The translations under genes and the position numbers were made by a program. DNA of 64,000 nt from assembly GCF_004010195.1 (NCBI RefSeq), contig NC_057719.1, positions 85,318,923-85,382,922 of the forward strand, written 5' to 3'. The stretch comes from Chiloscyllium plagiosum (lineage: Eukaryota). Shown here one piece after another: positions 13,696 through 26,979 of this stretch. The notes below the pieces were generated by a model, which saw nothing but the letters and a program-made list of their open reading frames with translations, was not told the origin of the DNA and did no database searches. Within the stretch, counting starts at the first letter, position 1; every line of letters starts with the position of its first letter.

Positions 13696-14474
13696 TGACA
13701 ATGAACTCGATATCAGGGAGGTAAATGGCAGCCCACTGAGATTCCACACATTAAATATAATCATGAAAGAGTTTGGGTATCAGAGATTCCATGCAATGAA
13801 AGTGAACAGAGAAGGTTTGACCCAGTGAAATCACGAACAACTTGGGAATACATAAGAAGCGACCTGGACAATGGGATGGAAAGTGATCTGTCTGAAGGTA
13901 TATAAAGTTGTCCTCTACAAGTGCACAGCCCTTGGCTGTTCTTTGCAGGAAGGCAGGTAGGTACAATTCTGTCTCCAGTCAAAGATTAGTAACAACAAAA
14001 CAATAAGCAAAACAAGACTCTGTTTCTGAACTGGATTGTAAAAATGCTTCAGGATGCTTAATCACTTTCAGAAAAGAATTCCAAAAATAACACTGGTCCT
14101 TTAGTATTTCTGGAGATGAACACTGTGTGGCAACTCAAAGTGAATTTAAGCTGGCACACTTTCAGCCTTTTGAGAAGGGAAGCCCATTGAAGTCCTTCCT
14201 GCAGATAAGTTACACCTTGGGATTACTGCCCCAAAAACCAATGATCCAGTACATTGTATGCTTCAGTGCTGAGAAATTCTCCTTCGGAAGTTGGAATCAG
14301 CTGCTGTCTGCACAATCTTTGTTGATAACTTTAGTTCAGTAGCTGAAAAGGAGCAAACCTGAGGAGATGGTGTTCCAAATGAACCTTTGGCTCATTTGCC
14401 TTTGAGTAGACAATTAGCCAAGTGATTTTTGAAATCTACTAGCAAATCCATTCTCATTACACAACTATTACATG

Positions 14475-14614
14475 ATTGAGGGAGAAAGTGAGGACTGCAG
14501 ATGCTGGAGATCAGAGCTGAAAATGTGTTGCTGGAAAAACGCAGCAGTTCAGGCAGCATCCAAGGAGCAGGAGAATCGACGTTTCAGGCATGAGCCCTTC
14601 TTCAGGAATCAGCT
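14475..14614 (-). mobile_element. Penelope-derived mini-element (pLTR) with a hammerhead core
   Basis: Minus strand CTGAAGA-agggctcatgcct-GAAACGTC; flanked by the 10-bp direct repeat ctattacatg (14465-14474 and 14615-14624). Confidence 0.75.
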
Positions 14615-14627
14615 CTATTACATGCCT

Positions 14628-15095
14628 GAGTCAAGAGTGTGGTGCTGGAAAAGCACAACAGGTCAGGCAGCATCAGAGGAGCAGGAGAATCAACGTTTCG
14701 GGCAAAAGCCCTTCATCAGGAATGAGGATGGGAGCCTCAGGGGTGGAGAGATAAATGGGAGGGGAGTGGGGCTGAGGGGAAGGTAGCTGAGAGTACAATA
14801 GGTGGATGGAGATGGGGGTAAAGGTTGGACGGGAGGGTGGAGCGGATAGGTGGGAAGGAAGATGGACAGATGGGATGGGTCATGAGGGCAGTGCTGAGCT
14901 GGAAGGTTGGAACTGGGGTAAGGTGGGGGGAGTGGAAATGAAAACTGGTGAAATCAACATTGATGCTGTGGGGTTGGAGGGTCCTGAGGCAGAAGATGAG
15001 GCACTCTTCCTCCAGGCGTCGAGTGGTAAGGGAATGGCGATGAAGGTGGCCCAGGACCTGCGTGTCCTCGGCAGAGTGGGAGGGGGAATTGACCG
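14628..15095 (-). mobile_element. Penelope-like element 3' fragment (pLTR plus GIY-YIG end)
   Basis: Same terminal sequence and body as the 28226 element; minus strand CTGATGA-agggcttttgccc-GAAACGTT at 14691-14720. Confidence 0.75.
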
Positions 15096-17094
15096 AGTTG
15101 TAACTTAAAATGCATCAAGGTCTTTCAGAGGCTTAGATTGTCCATTAAGTGAAACAGCAAAGCTTTATGGGTTTGGTACATTTTGATTAGCAAATGCAAG
15201 AATATCACGGAGGCCCCAAAGACACACAGCGATGGTCAGATTCCACGTCATTCCTTGCTTAAGATTTTAAGATTCAACGTGCATTTCACGTGGCAAAAAT
15301 CTCCCATGCACCAACCATTTCAGTTCACGAATTCAGCCAGTCGATTAATTGGAAATACTGTTTGTGTCAATTTTACACTGGAAGAAAAGCTGGGTAATTC
15401 ATTTATGCTGCAGCATGCATTTATCTCAGCCTAAACTGCTGTTTTGGCAACTGCTTTGCTAAACTGGAAACAACACACTCAAACCTTATCTTATACTTGC
15501 TCTTTGTCCACCTGGATGAAATTTGCTTTCTATCTCAGGACACTGAATCAATTGTAATTCCCAATTGCTACACCAGTTACTATTAGCTTTCTTAGAACTG
15601 TCAATGGGATTGGAATTCCTGACCTGTATGCTTCAGATATTCACTGCTTTGACAAACTAATCCATTAGGAAACTAAACATTTTGTTTCAAGTTTCTCAAA
15701 ATGGTCTGTGGTGGTTATACTAACAATACCATGTCTGAAATATCAGTTCACCATAACCAGGTTATAAACCCACAGTGTTTACAACACTTCAAGGTGACCA
15801 TCATCATAGATCAGTCACATGAACAGAGAAAACACAGCATCTCAGGTCAGGTATTATGAAACATTATAGATGTCACAGCACACCAGCTCACTTTCTTTCA
15901 CTGATAGATTAGCCTAACAGCTGCAATATGACTGAAGTTTCTCTTTTACAGTTCGTAAAGAAACCTGAAACCCCAAGTGAGATTACTGTTCTGTACTCAC
16001 TTACAGCTCATAACTACCCTCTAAAGATTTTATAATGGCACTTGGGAACTATAAAAAGTGCACTGTGGGTAATGCTTGGAAAAGACTCAGTGAAGAATTG
16101 AGAACTCTACATGTAGTTACACAGTTACAGTGAAACAAAGGCTTTGAAAAACCTATCAGCCATGATTGACTGGTGGAGCAGACCTGATGGGCCAAATGGC
16201 CTAATTTCTGCTCCTATGTCTTCTGGTCTGTGGTTTAGAGGCAAGGCAAAAAGCTTTCTCCTCTGATCCTCTAGTTGATTATAAGTACTTGGTGACATTG
16301 ACATATGTGCTCAAAAGGCAACAAACTTTTAGATGCTGCACCTCAGCTTCCAGAAAACAGCCAATTTCCTATTAACCAACAGCTGACAGGCAGATGATAA
16401 TGACTTGGCAAAGGTATCCATTTGGCAACAGCATGATGAGTTTTCCTGCCCCACCCATATGGGTATGGCACATCCTCCAGCTGGCTGGTCCATTCTTAAT
16501 GCTCATCCGGTTGGAAAAGGAAGAAGAGGGATGGCATTCCTTCCATGCGTAAACATTTGTTGCAAAAAAATGAAAGACATCAGGGCAGACTATAATTTAT
16601 CACTGTTGTTTAACCCCTCAGCCGTTCTTTTCATTATATTCACTTATTAATTGATTATGGCAACATTCCCATCAGGCCCGCTGAGATGCATTTCCTTTTC
16701 CCACGTATGGTTTACACTGAATCGCCCTGCCTTTAATTTTCTTACGCTCAGTTCATCATCCCATGGAGTTTTCTCTTCAGCTTTTGCCTCCGAGGAAATC
16801 ATTACTTTCTCAACAACACCCAAGTCCCTCAGGCAATAACAAAATAATCTTGCTCAACCAGCTCAGTTTGTGGCCTTTGAGCCAGCAGGGTTTATGCACA
16901 TGGTCCACTCACAAATGAGCATGCTCAGGGCTGATACTCCTGGTGCAGCACTGACGACTCCTGGAGGCGCTGCATTTTGTATACAAATTGAAGCCTAATC
17001 AAGCACTCACAAAACATTGCACAAACTGTAGACAGACATCCCAATGTGCTGATCAGCATTTCTCCCTTAACCGAAACCACCAACAACAGATTAC

Positions 17095-18140
17095 TAGAGT
17101 CATAGTCATAGAATCAGATGTACAGCATAGAAACAGACCCTTCGGTTCAAGCCGTCTATACCAACCAGATATCCCAACCCAATCTAGTCCCACCGGCCAG
17201 CACCCGGCCCATATCCCTCTAAACCCTTCCTTTAAAAATGTTGCAATTGTACCAGCCTCCACCATTTCCTCTGGCAGCTGATTCCACACATGTACCACCC
17301 TCTGCATGAAAAAGTTGCTCCTTACGTCTTTTTTATATCTTTCCCCCCTCATTCTATGCCCTCTAGTTCTTGATTCCCCCACACCAGGGAAAAGACCTTG
17401 TCTATTTATCCTATTCATGCATCTCATTATTTTATAAACTTCTTTTAGGTCATCCCTCAGCCTCCGACGCTCCAGGGAAACAGCCCCAGCCTATTCAACA
17501 TCTCCCTATAGCTCAAATCCTCCAATCCTGGCAACATCTTTCAAGTTTCATAACATCCTTCCGATAAGAAGGAGACCAGAAATGCACGCAATATTCCAAC
17601 AGTGGCCTAACCAATGTCCTGTCCAGCCGCAACATGACCTCCCAGCTCCTGTACTCAATACTCTGACCAATAAATGAAAGCACACCAAACGCCTTCTTCA
17701 CTATCCTATCTACCTGTGACTCCACTTTCAAGGAGCTATGAACCTGCACTCCAAAGTCTCTTTGTTCAGCAACACTCCCGAGGACCTTACCATTAAGTGT
17801 ATAAGTCCTGCTAAGATTTACTTTCCCAAAATGCAGCACCTTGCATTTATCTGAATTAAACTCCATCTCCCACTTTTCAGCCCATTGGCCAATCTAATCA
17901 AGATCCTGTTGTACTCTGAGGTAACCATGTTCGCTGTCTACTACACCTCCAATTTTGGTGTCATCTGTAAACTTACGAACTGTACCTCTTGTGCTCACAT
18001 TCAAATTATTTACACAAAAGACAAAAAGTAGAGGACTCAGCACTGATCCTGTGGCACTCCACTGGTCACAGGCCTCCAGTCTGAAAAACAACCCTCCACC
18101 ACCAACCTCTGTCTTCTACCTTTCAGCCAGTTCTGTATCC
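17095..18140 (-). mobile_element. HER1/CR1 LINE 3' fragment with internal deletions
   Basis: ORFs 17053, 17513 and 17894 carry CR1 RT motifs (KFTDDTKIGGVVD, MEFNSDKCKVLHFG, LVRPLLEYCVHFWSP, RTRGH); ctatgactct tail. Confidence 0.92.
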
Positions 18141-18239
18141 AGTTCTGTACTGCTCATCCTTCTTATTTATTCTCTCCAAAATATTGGTGTGCGTGACCTG
18201 GTTGTCATGTTCCTTTGATTGGCAACCAACTGGAATTAT

Positions 18240-18602
18240 AGAATCATAGAATCTTTACAATACAGATGGACACCGTTTGGCCCATTGAGTCTGAATTGAC
18301 CCTCCAAAGAGCACCTCACCCACACCCATATGCTACTCACCCACCCTATCCCCATAACCCAACATTTCCCATGGCTAACCCATCTAGCCTACACATCCCT
18401 GGACACTACGGGACAATTTAGCATGCTAACCTACTAATGTGCACACCTTTGGACTGTGGGAGGAAACTGGAACACCTAGTGGAAACCTACACAGACATGG
18501 GTAGAATGTGCAAAATCCACACAGTCACCCAAGGCTGAAATCGAACCTGCGTCCATAGTGCTTTGAAGCAGCAGTGTTAACCACTGAGCCATCATGCCAC
18601 CC
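18240..18602 (-). mobile_element. HE1-like tRNA-derived V-SINE
   Basis: Minus-strand box A/B head, ggactgtgggaggaaac core and (ctatgatt) tail. Confidence 0.85.
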
Positions 18603-21600
18603 AAAATTTATGAGGTGGATATGTTACGCATTACAATCAGTCACAATATAAACACAAGTTCATTCCTTCGATGTTGTCTTTTCTCCTATGCTCTTCTGAT
18701 GACATAGTTGCCTGAACTATTGGTCTCGCCTTCTAGCTTGACTATATAGAAGATATGCCTGGCCTTCTCACACGCTTTTGTTTTCTCGAGACCACTTGAT
18801 AAGATCATTGATGAAATAAAAATAGTAAATGCAGGAGAAACTCAGCAGGTCTGGCAGCATTTGTTGGCAGAGAAAGTGTTAATGCTTCGAGTCCAATATG
18901 GCTCCTCTTCAGAAACTGTCACATTGGACTTGAAATGTTAAATTTGATTCTCTCTACAAATGCTGCAAGATTTGTTAAGTGTTCAGGGACGTGTAGGTTA
19001 GGTGCATTAGTCAGTCAGAGATAAATGTAGACTAATAGGGTAGGGGTGACTTACTCTTTCAGGGAGGGGGAGGGGTCAGTGTGGACTTGTTGAACCAAAT
19101 AGCTGGTTTTCACACTGTAGCAATTCTATGATTCTATGATTGTTGGAACTATTGTTTGCAGTCTCTGCCACAAATTCTGTTTCCAAATCATCAACTCCAT
19201 CATTCACCACAGCAACTACCGGAGGTTGAACTAGGCAACTTGCAACCTTGGAGATGTGTGGCCCAGAGATGGGCTTCCAATCATTTATTCATGTCACCAT
19301 TGAAACCTATCTTCACCTCTGTTTTAATGCCCAACTTTCATTTTCATCTCCCTCAGTTCATCTATTGATGGAATCCTCATCCATACCTTTGATAGCTTGA
19401 GATTCAGCTATTCTAACATCCCTGGTCAACATCCCAGGTTTCACTCTCTCAAAACTGGAGATCACCCAAACCACTGCTGCTTGCGTCCTAACTTGTACCA
19501 AGTCCTATTCACTCATCAGCTCTGTTCAATGATCATCTTGACTCCTGTTAAAGCAATATTTTACTTTTAAAAGTTCGTAACTGTTTTCAAATCCCTCTGC
19601 CCCTCTCAGTCATGCAATATACTCCAGCCCAACCACACCTCCAGGATATTGGAATTCCTCCCATTCTGGTCCTGACTTCATGGTCATTCCTTTAGCTGAC
19701 AAGGCTCTGAGCTCAGGAATTCCCTCCTTAAATATCCCTGCCTTTCTTCCTTCAGACAATTGTGCAAATCTTGTGTTTCAGTAACACTTTCCTAAAATCG
19801 GGATATTTTACTACGTTAAAGGTGCTACATGAATACACATTATTGTTGCTTTGCTCTAATCCTCTTTCACTTCGATAATACAGTCTCTGCAAAAAGAGTC
19901 AATGGATGATTTAGTTTTACAGAAGTATATTAAATATTATTTAGTATATACTTATGATCTGAAGCAGGACAGGTCTAAACTATGACCAGGAGTCAAGAAT
20001 CAACAATCAAGCTCAAGCCAGGGCTGTTGAAGCCAACTCCCTGGTGAGACCTTCTCAGTAAGTATCGAGTGACGACTGAACTGACGCTATAGTGAATGAG
20101 TTTAATTCCGTGAAGTTGGAAGGGAGCAAGGACTATCCAAAGACCAGCTGCAAAATTCAATAAGGAGCAACATTGTCCTTTGTGCTGGGTCAGGGATACA
20201 TTTCTAAAATAAAAAGGATGCTGAATAGATAATCAGATATCCCAAACAGAGAACATCTGTGGAAGAAAAACATGCTCAAATGTGAATTTCCAACTCCCAC
20301 TGTGAAGCTGTTACATTCCCATAATTCATTGACTTGAAAGACATAGACCCAAAAAGTACAAAATCAATATTAGTTCATGGGTCAGATTTATTTATTTTTT
20401 TCAGTGGATGAATGAGCAACTCACAAGGGAACAATTATGTTTTAATCTGCAAGCCCAGCTGAAGTTGTTGTTGTTACTTCCTATCTAGTTCATGGGTTGC
20501 TTTGCATTTCTCCCTTGTTTTTACAACATCCATCTTTCTCTCAAGGTCACTTTACAATAGCTGGCCTCCAAGTTTGCTGCAAATTGAAATGCTCGTGAAC
20601 CTGTAGCAACAGCCCCTGTTAGCTCCTTCCTGCAACAAAGCCAGCTCTACTGAGGTATACTAGTCTGAATGTACATTTTCCTTTCACTTTCTCTTAACTC
20701 TGGTGGTCTGATTTTGAGTGAATTGAAAGCTCTTCCAGTTTTGGTTCAAATGAGCATTCTTCCAACAACATGACTAAGCAACACATCCAAAACATGTCCT
20801 CTGCACACACATATCCATACATTTGCAGACTGGTGAATTGCATTAGATATTGCATGAACAATGCTTTTCACTTTGGTGACAGCTTGAGGAAGTGTCTCCT
20901 CAGGTTTCCAGGCTGTGCTTATGTGGGTCATTCGAATGTCTTGTGATGTGATGAGATGATGTTATTCAATGCAATTTCTGAAACTGGTGTTGGAGGATAC
21001 GAGCAAGACAGAAACTTTTAAATCTGGAAAGCAGCTGTAAATTAGTTGAGGCAATAGCATGATGGCTATGTTTCTGGACTAGTAATCTAAAATCTCTAAC
21101 TAATGTTCTGGGCATATGGGTTCAAATCCCAGCCATGATCGAATGGTGGTGCAGATTTGATGGGCCAAACTGCCTAATTCTGTTCCTATATTTCATGGTC
21201 CCACATGGTCCATAATTAAATTTGAATCTAATAAAAAGTTAGCCTGTCAGTTATCATAAAAATCCAATCTGATTCGTTCATACCTTTCAGGGAAGGAAAT
21301 CTGTCATCCTTACATATCTGGCCTAGATGTAAGCAACAGTAATGTGGTTGACATTTAGCCCTCTCAGCAATTAAGGATGAGTGGTGTAAGTGCTGGCCCA
21401 TTCTAAAATTTTAAAAATTTGTTTTACTCAACCATTTGACCATCTCGTTGCTTCTTGTGTGAGTCAGCACATTGTTTACCGACTGTCTACTCATCGGTAT
21501 AGAGTTAATCTCACTTGGCAACACATAGTCCAACTAGGGACGTTAACAGGTAGCAATCATAGAAACTTTATTGATATCTCGCTCTATAACCAAAAGATAT

Positions 21601-21683
21601 GGGCAGATATCAGTACCTAAGTTGTTCTGTAGGCACTGACTGACCCAACATACTGAACACTGGGCCTTCTACTTCTACTTCTT

Positions 21684-21775
21684 TTCCTGAAGAAGGGCTC
21701 ATGCCCGAAACGTCGATTCTCCTGCTCCTTGGATGCTGCCTGACCTGCTGTGCTTTTCCAGCAACACATTTTCAG
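21684..21775 (+). mobile_element. 92-bp Penelope pLTR mini-insertion starting with a hammerhead core
   Basis: CTGAAGA-a-gggc-tcat-gccc-GAAACGTC at 21687-21714; 12-bp direct repeats cttctacttctt (21672-21683 and 21776-21787). Confidence 0.8.
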
Positions 21776-23167
21776 CTTCTACTTCTTACAACTTATATTG
21801 CACTCAAGACCTTTTTACATGAGGTCTTTCTGAGCAATTGTGTTTTTCATTTGAGCAATACTACCATTGAATAGATTCCTAATTTATTCCTGACCAGTAT
21901 TTGGCATGAAATTGTCAGAGGAAACAGCATTTTGGATAAATAAGATTGTACTCCAATGATTTTGCAAACTGTTTTATGTTAGTGTATGGGAACTGGATGG
22001 CGCAGTGAATTGCCTCAATGTTGTTGGCTTGAAATCAAATCCAGCTTGGTCCAGGAAGAATATCTCATCAACTTGCTGACTGTGAAGTTTTCAAGAGACA
22101 TTAACTTGACATGGAAAGGTTTGCCACAAGGAATCTAGTTACGTGGAAAATAATACCCTTCAAAGACTAAAGATTTTGTCTTATCGCATGAGATTCCAGT
22201 TTAGGGTAGTGAGGAGGTGACTGAAAAGATGAAAAGACAGTGAAGAGGGGGCACTTGTCCTAATCGAGTGCCTTCTCCAGTAGTGGAGAACTGACTTTTT
22301 GCACCCAAGGACTTTAACCTTTACACTTCCTTGAGGCAGTGCAGAGGAAGCACTTTTGCAGGTGGCCTGGACATGCCTTGGTGAAAGGGGATCAGGCATT
22401 TGTCAGTGTGAAACCTACAGATCCAGCTGGGCCAGCATTCAAACTTGAGAGAGCGCTTTGAACGTCTTCCAGAAACACTATTTTTATTCATCCTCCAAAC
22501 GATGAACACAGCAAATTTATTTCTGAAAAAAAACAAGGAAACGCAGGGCAACCTTTTTCTCATACAAGAACAGAGGAAAGGAAACATTTGAGGGTGGTGA
22601 ACAGGAAGGGAAGATGTACCACCCATCAGTGCTGTCAAGATAACTTAAAAGGACAAAGTTCTTTTACTTTCCCTGTTCTCAGGCTGGGTTACTCACTAGA
22701 ATACTGAGAGAATGCTTTAATGAAACTGCAGAGGCATCTTATTTAAGAACTAAACCTTATTTTAATTAGTTGTGTTCTAATCCAAGCCTCATCCAACCAA
22801 ACAAACCCATGAGTAAGGTTATTTGGTGCACCAAAACAGTCTAATTATGATCTGGCAATCTTAAAACAACAGTTTAAAAGCTAATTTTTAAAACTAAAAC
22901 TTGGAAATTAAAAGAATTTGAAAAAATATTTTGAAATAGTTCCAGGCTCAGTCAGAATTGTGAATTTCAGACTGGGCCTCTACGTCAGTGAGGACAGCAG
23001 ACAATGCACAATGTAATCATTGTTAACGTGATTTTGTTCAGGAGTAAAAAAGGTTTCACTGATGATTCACCATGAGAATGTAGATTAGGCATTGAACAGA
23101 AGAAAGGATAAGTACCACAGGTGACAGAGGGCCACTTTCAAAGTATCAATGCCTTAAAAGAAAAATG

Positions 23168-23372
23168 TTGAAAATCACACAACACCAGGTTATAGTCCAA
23201 CAGGTTTAATTGGAAGCACACTAGCTTTCGGAGCTCCTCCAATCACCTGATGAAGGAGCGTCGCTCTGAAACCTAGTGTGCTTCCAATTAAACCTGTTGG
23301 ACTATAACCTGGTGTTGTGTGATTTTTAACTTTGTACACCCCAGTCCAACACAGGCATCTCCAAATCATGGA
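23168..23372 (+). mobile_element. Palindromic Penelope-derived mini-element (family B) with a hammerhead core
   Basis: About 64-bp inverted arms (23171-23234 and 23263-23326); CTGATGA-aggagc-gtc-gctct-GAAA at 23247-23271; 15-bp direct repeats cttaaaagaaaaatg (23153-23167 and 23373-23387). Confidence 0.8.
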
Positions 23373-24281
23373 CTTAAAAGAAAAATGACAGCTTTTTGGA
23401 GGGAGGGAGGGAATGAGTGAGAGTGAAATACCTACAATGTTAATCTACTTGAGTGTCTTTCACTTTTAGAAGTATCTTACCTTTACTTACTTTTAAACTG
23501 TGTCTTTTATCTAACAACTGTACCATGGCTTTTGCTCAATAACTTCCAGCAATCATTGCACAATAAACTAACCAATTGGAACACTAAAACAATGGAGCTA
23601 AACAAGCTTCATTAATTCATGGACCATACTATGGACATGCCTGGTGCTTTTGACAGGTGTAGTGTTCAGATATTATTGAATTTATCACTCCAAAGTAAAT
23701 GTAGTTTTGTACCAATAGTCTGAAATGGATATGATTTAAAAGTCCCTGAAGATTTAGCTGCTCCAAAAAAGAGAGGTCACCACTGGTAGTTGCTGCATTT
23801 TTCTTAGCATTGTGTAAGTATTAAGTCTGGAAATGTTCAGTAGTTTTATCTCAAACAATTTGTTTTAAAGGATTCCTGATGTTAAGAACAAACTGCATCC
23901 CAAAGATTAAGCTTCCAGCAGCAACACCTTATTCTGCACTTAAACAGTTAATCACAATTCAGAATATTAGAACCTCCGGTGAGTTCTTAATTCCCCACCA
24001 ACACTCACAATTAGGTATGGCAGGTCTGCAGAGTTAGACTTGGGATCTGCTGGTTGTAGAGCTTAGCTCTATCACTGGCTGCTAATGTTGTCTGGCATAC
24101 TAGTGGCCATATCTTTCAGCTTCACAAGGTTGACACCTTGTTTTTTTAGATAAGCTTTGTACAGTTCCTGACATGCCCTCCTGCACTTTCCATTGAACTA
24201 GGGTTGATCGCCTTGCTTGACAATAATGGTTGAATGCGGGATATGTCAGCCATGAAGTTACAGATTGTTTTGGAACACAAT

Positions 24282-24600
24282 TAGATTAGATTACATTAGA
24301 TTCCCTACAGTGTGGAAACAGGCCCTTCGGCCCAACAAGTCCACACCGACCCTCTGAAGAGCAACCCACCCAGACCCATTTCCCTCTGACTGATACACCT
24401 ACATTATGGGCAATTTAGCATGGCCAATTCACCTGACCTGCACATCTTTGGACTGTGGGAGGAAACCAAAGCACCCGGAGGAAACCCACACAGACACGGG
24501 GAGAATGTGCAAACTCCACACAGACAGATACCTACACCTGGAATTGAACCTGGGTCACTGGCGCTGTGAGGTAGCAGTGCTAACCACTGAGCCACTGTGC
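24282..24600 (-). mobile_element. HE1-like V-SINE, near full length
   Basis: Minus-strand tRNA-like head (gcacagtggctcagtggttagcac...ggttcaattcc), V-core and (tctaa)n tail. Confidence 0.92.
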
Positions 24601-25384
24601 TGTTGATGATGACCCAAAACACCTCACGGATTACCAGTCTTGAGTTGCTAGATCGATCAAACTCTCTCATTTAGCACAGTGATAGTGTCACACAACATGA
24701 TGATTCATTAATATCTGAAAATGCAATGTCTTTTTGATTTTCTATTAATACGCAAAAAAGTTAGTTTAACTAAATAAATGTTTATACATTCAATCACTGA
24801 CTAATGATCCATATCAGTGAACATCAACTTACTTCACCTGCAGACAGTGTGAGACTTCTAAAATTGTTGAGAATATTCTTGGTTTTATAAGGGATGATGC
24901 TTAATTTTACACCCTGGATTTTGCAAGTAAGTACAAATCACAGCAAGTCAAATTTTTGAAGAAGTCATTTATAGAAATGGTGTCCATGATTCTCAACTTG
25001 TACTTGGTACATAAAACCAAATAACATCACAGTACAAAGAATGAGGCTGTTGGTCCATCAAGTCTCAACCTTCACTACTTTGGTGTACAGTGTAGATTGT
25101 CTGCTTGTTACAAAACCCGCCTAATTAATTTCTATTACGCTTAACAAATCTCTGCGTAAAATTGTTTCTAATTTTGGTGCCATCTGTAAATTATTGCTGT
25201 CTGGTTAACTGGGCTCATCAACCAGTGGGAATACTCTAAAGCTCAATGCATTTCATCAATATCTGTTTTGCATTCTCTCTGAAAATATTATCCCTGTAGT
25301 ATATCCATATTTTATAAAGCCAGCTATATTCTTTAGCACTGTTCATGTACAGTCAGGAAAATAGGAGCAAGTATGAATCAAAAG

Positions 25385-25725
25385 GACCAGGGCATGTGTT
25401 GGCGACAGGGTGGAATCCTATTATGCCAGATGGTGGAATTTAAATTCAAATCAACAAATCTGGAATACAAAGCCTGACTCAGTAATGGAGACAATGAACC
25501 CATTACCGATTGTTGTAAAGATCCATCTGGTTCACAAATATTCTTTAGAGAAAGGAATCAGCTATCTTTACCCATTCTGGCTCAAATGCGACTCCAATCC
25601 TACAGCAATGAGGTTGACTTTCGACTGCCCACTGACCTGAAGCAGCAAGCCACTCAGTTCCATGGCAATTTTGGAAGGGACCTTACCCCTTACCAGCATT
25701 GTCCACATCCCATGACAGAATAAAG
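25385..25725 (+). mobile_element. Older SINE-like repeat; related copies at about 21060-21400 (+) and 9100-9310 (-)
   Basis: Shared blocks gatggtggaatttaaattcaa, catctggttcac, aaggaaatc...atccttac, aatg(t/a)ggttgac. Confidence 0.55.
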
Positions 25726-26979
25726 GGCTTTTCCCTTCAAGGCAGCTGTTCAATGCGAGATTGTGGGCTAAACCATTTACAAGCTAGTCAAAGTTGAAAT
25801 GTCATTTGGTGGAGAAATGTGGGTGATAAGATGGTTGTAAATTTCTAGGTTCATGAAGTGGAAAGCAATCCACAAACAAAGTGTAGTCTGTGCCTCTTCC
25901 AGACTGCAACATTTCACTGCTGTAAATTAATACTGGCTGATTTCATCAAGGTAAATTAGTCAGTCTAAATCTCAAATTCACACAGATGGGAACTGAGACT
26001 GCTGGTAACACATGCCAATTTAGGATGCACTATATTTATAATATAGATTAGTTAAAGCCAGCATGCTTGCATACATGTTGACATACACACAGTTGTACAC
26101 AGAAACAGAGAGCTCCCTGTCCTTCTTCAAAGAAGGAAAGACCAAAGAAGAAAGTGTAATATCTTACTGAGTTTGTCAGCTGTGATTATGAGTTTATGGC
26201 TTGGAGTGCTGCATTGACCAATAATCTTCTGACTCAGCAATCTTATCAACAGCCAGTCTGATGGCATTTTGCTCCAGATATTTTCAGATAGAAAGGGGTC
26301 CTGTCTAAATTCTCTACAAGGATTCCATTTGAAACAGTACCAGTAACTTGAATATATTCAATATGTTTATAGTAGAAACATACTGTCTGAAGTCTGCAGA
26401 AGCCTGTGTGCCTTACAGACATTTTAGATTTTTACACAGCCTTATTCAAAACAGCCCTTCAATTTTCTCTCTTGCAGACGATGGATGTTGTTAAGGTATA
26501 ATGCTATGTTGCCAATTTGCCTTCAGTACTTTGCCTATGCGGCCATTCTCCATCGGAGTCCAAAGCTAGGCAGTTCTCCTAGTAAGAGTCAAACAGTTAG
26601 TTTTATCATTATCCCCACTCAATATACATACACACACCTTCCAACAAAGAACAGAAAGTGATCAAGATGAGAAACCATTGTCTATTTTTCCCATCTTTAG
26701 ACCACATGGAGACAAGTTGTGGAAGTTTTATTGCTACAACAGCGAATTGGTTTATTAATCTCTCAGCATGAAGATTAGTATTGTACATCATTAACGTCTT
26801 CATTCACTAGACCACCTGAATAGCCTGTCTGCCTGCATTGCTTAGACAAAGTTTTCCAATTCACTATAATCTGATGGCAAGCAATGAATTGGAGAGATTT
26901 CCCCAAAACCTTGAATGATCTGGGACATTGCAAATGTCTGAGGTCATACAGCAGATACAAAAAGGCATAATCGCAAGAG

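Noticed and set aside
23171..23326. Possible miRNA gene or CRISPR-like repeat
   Set aside because: The hairpin is a multi-copy, direct-repeat-flanked transposon derivative; there is no repeat-spacer array and the context is eukaryotic.
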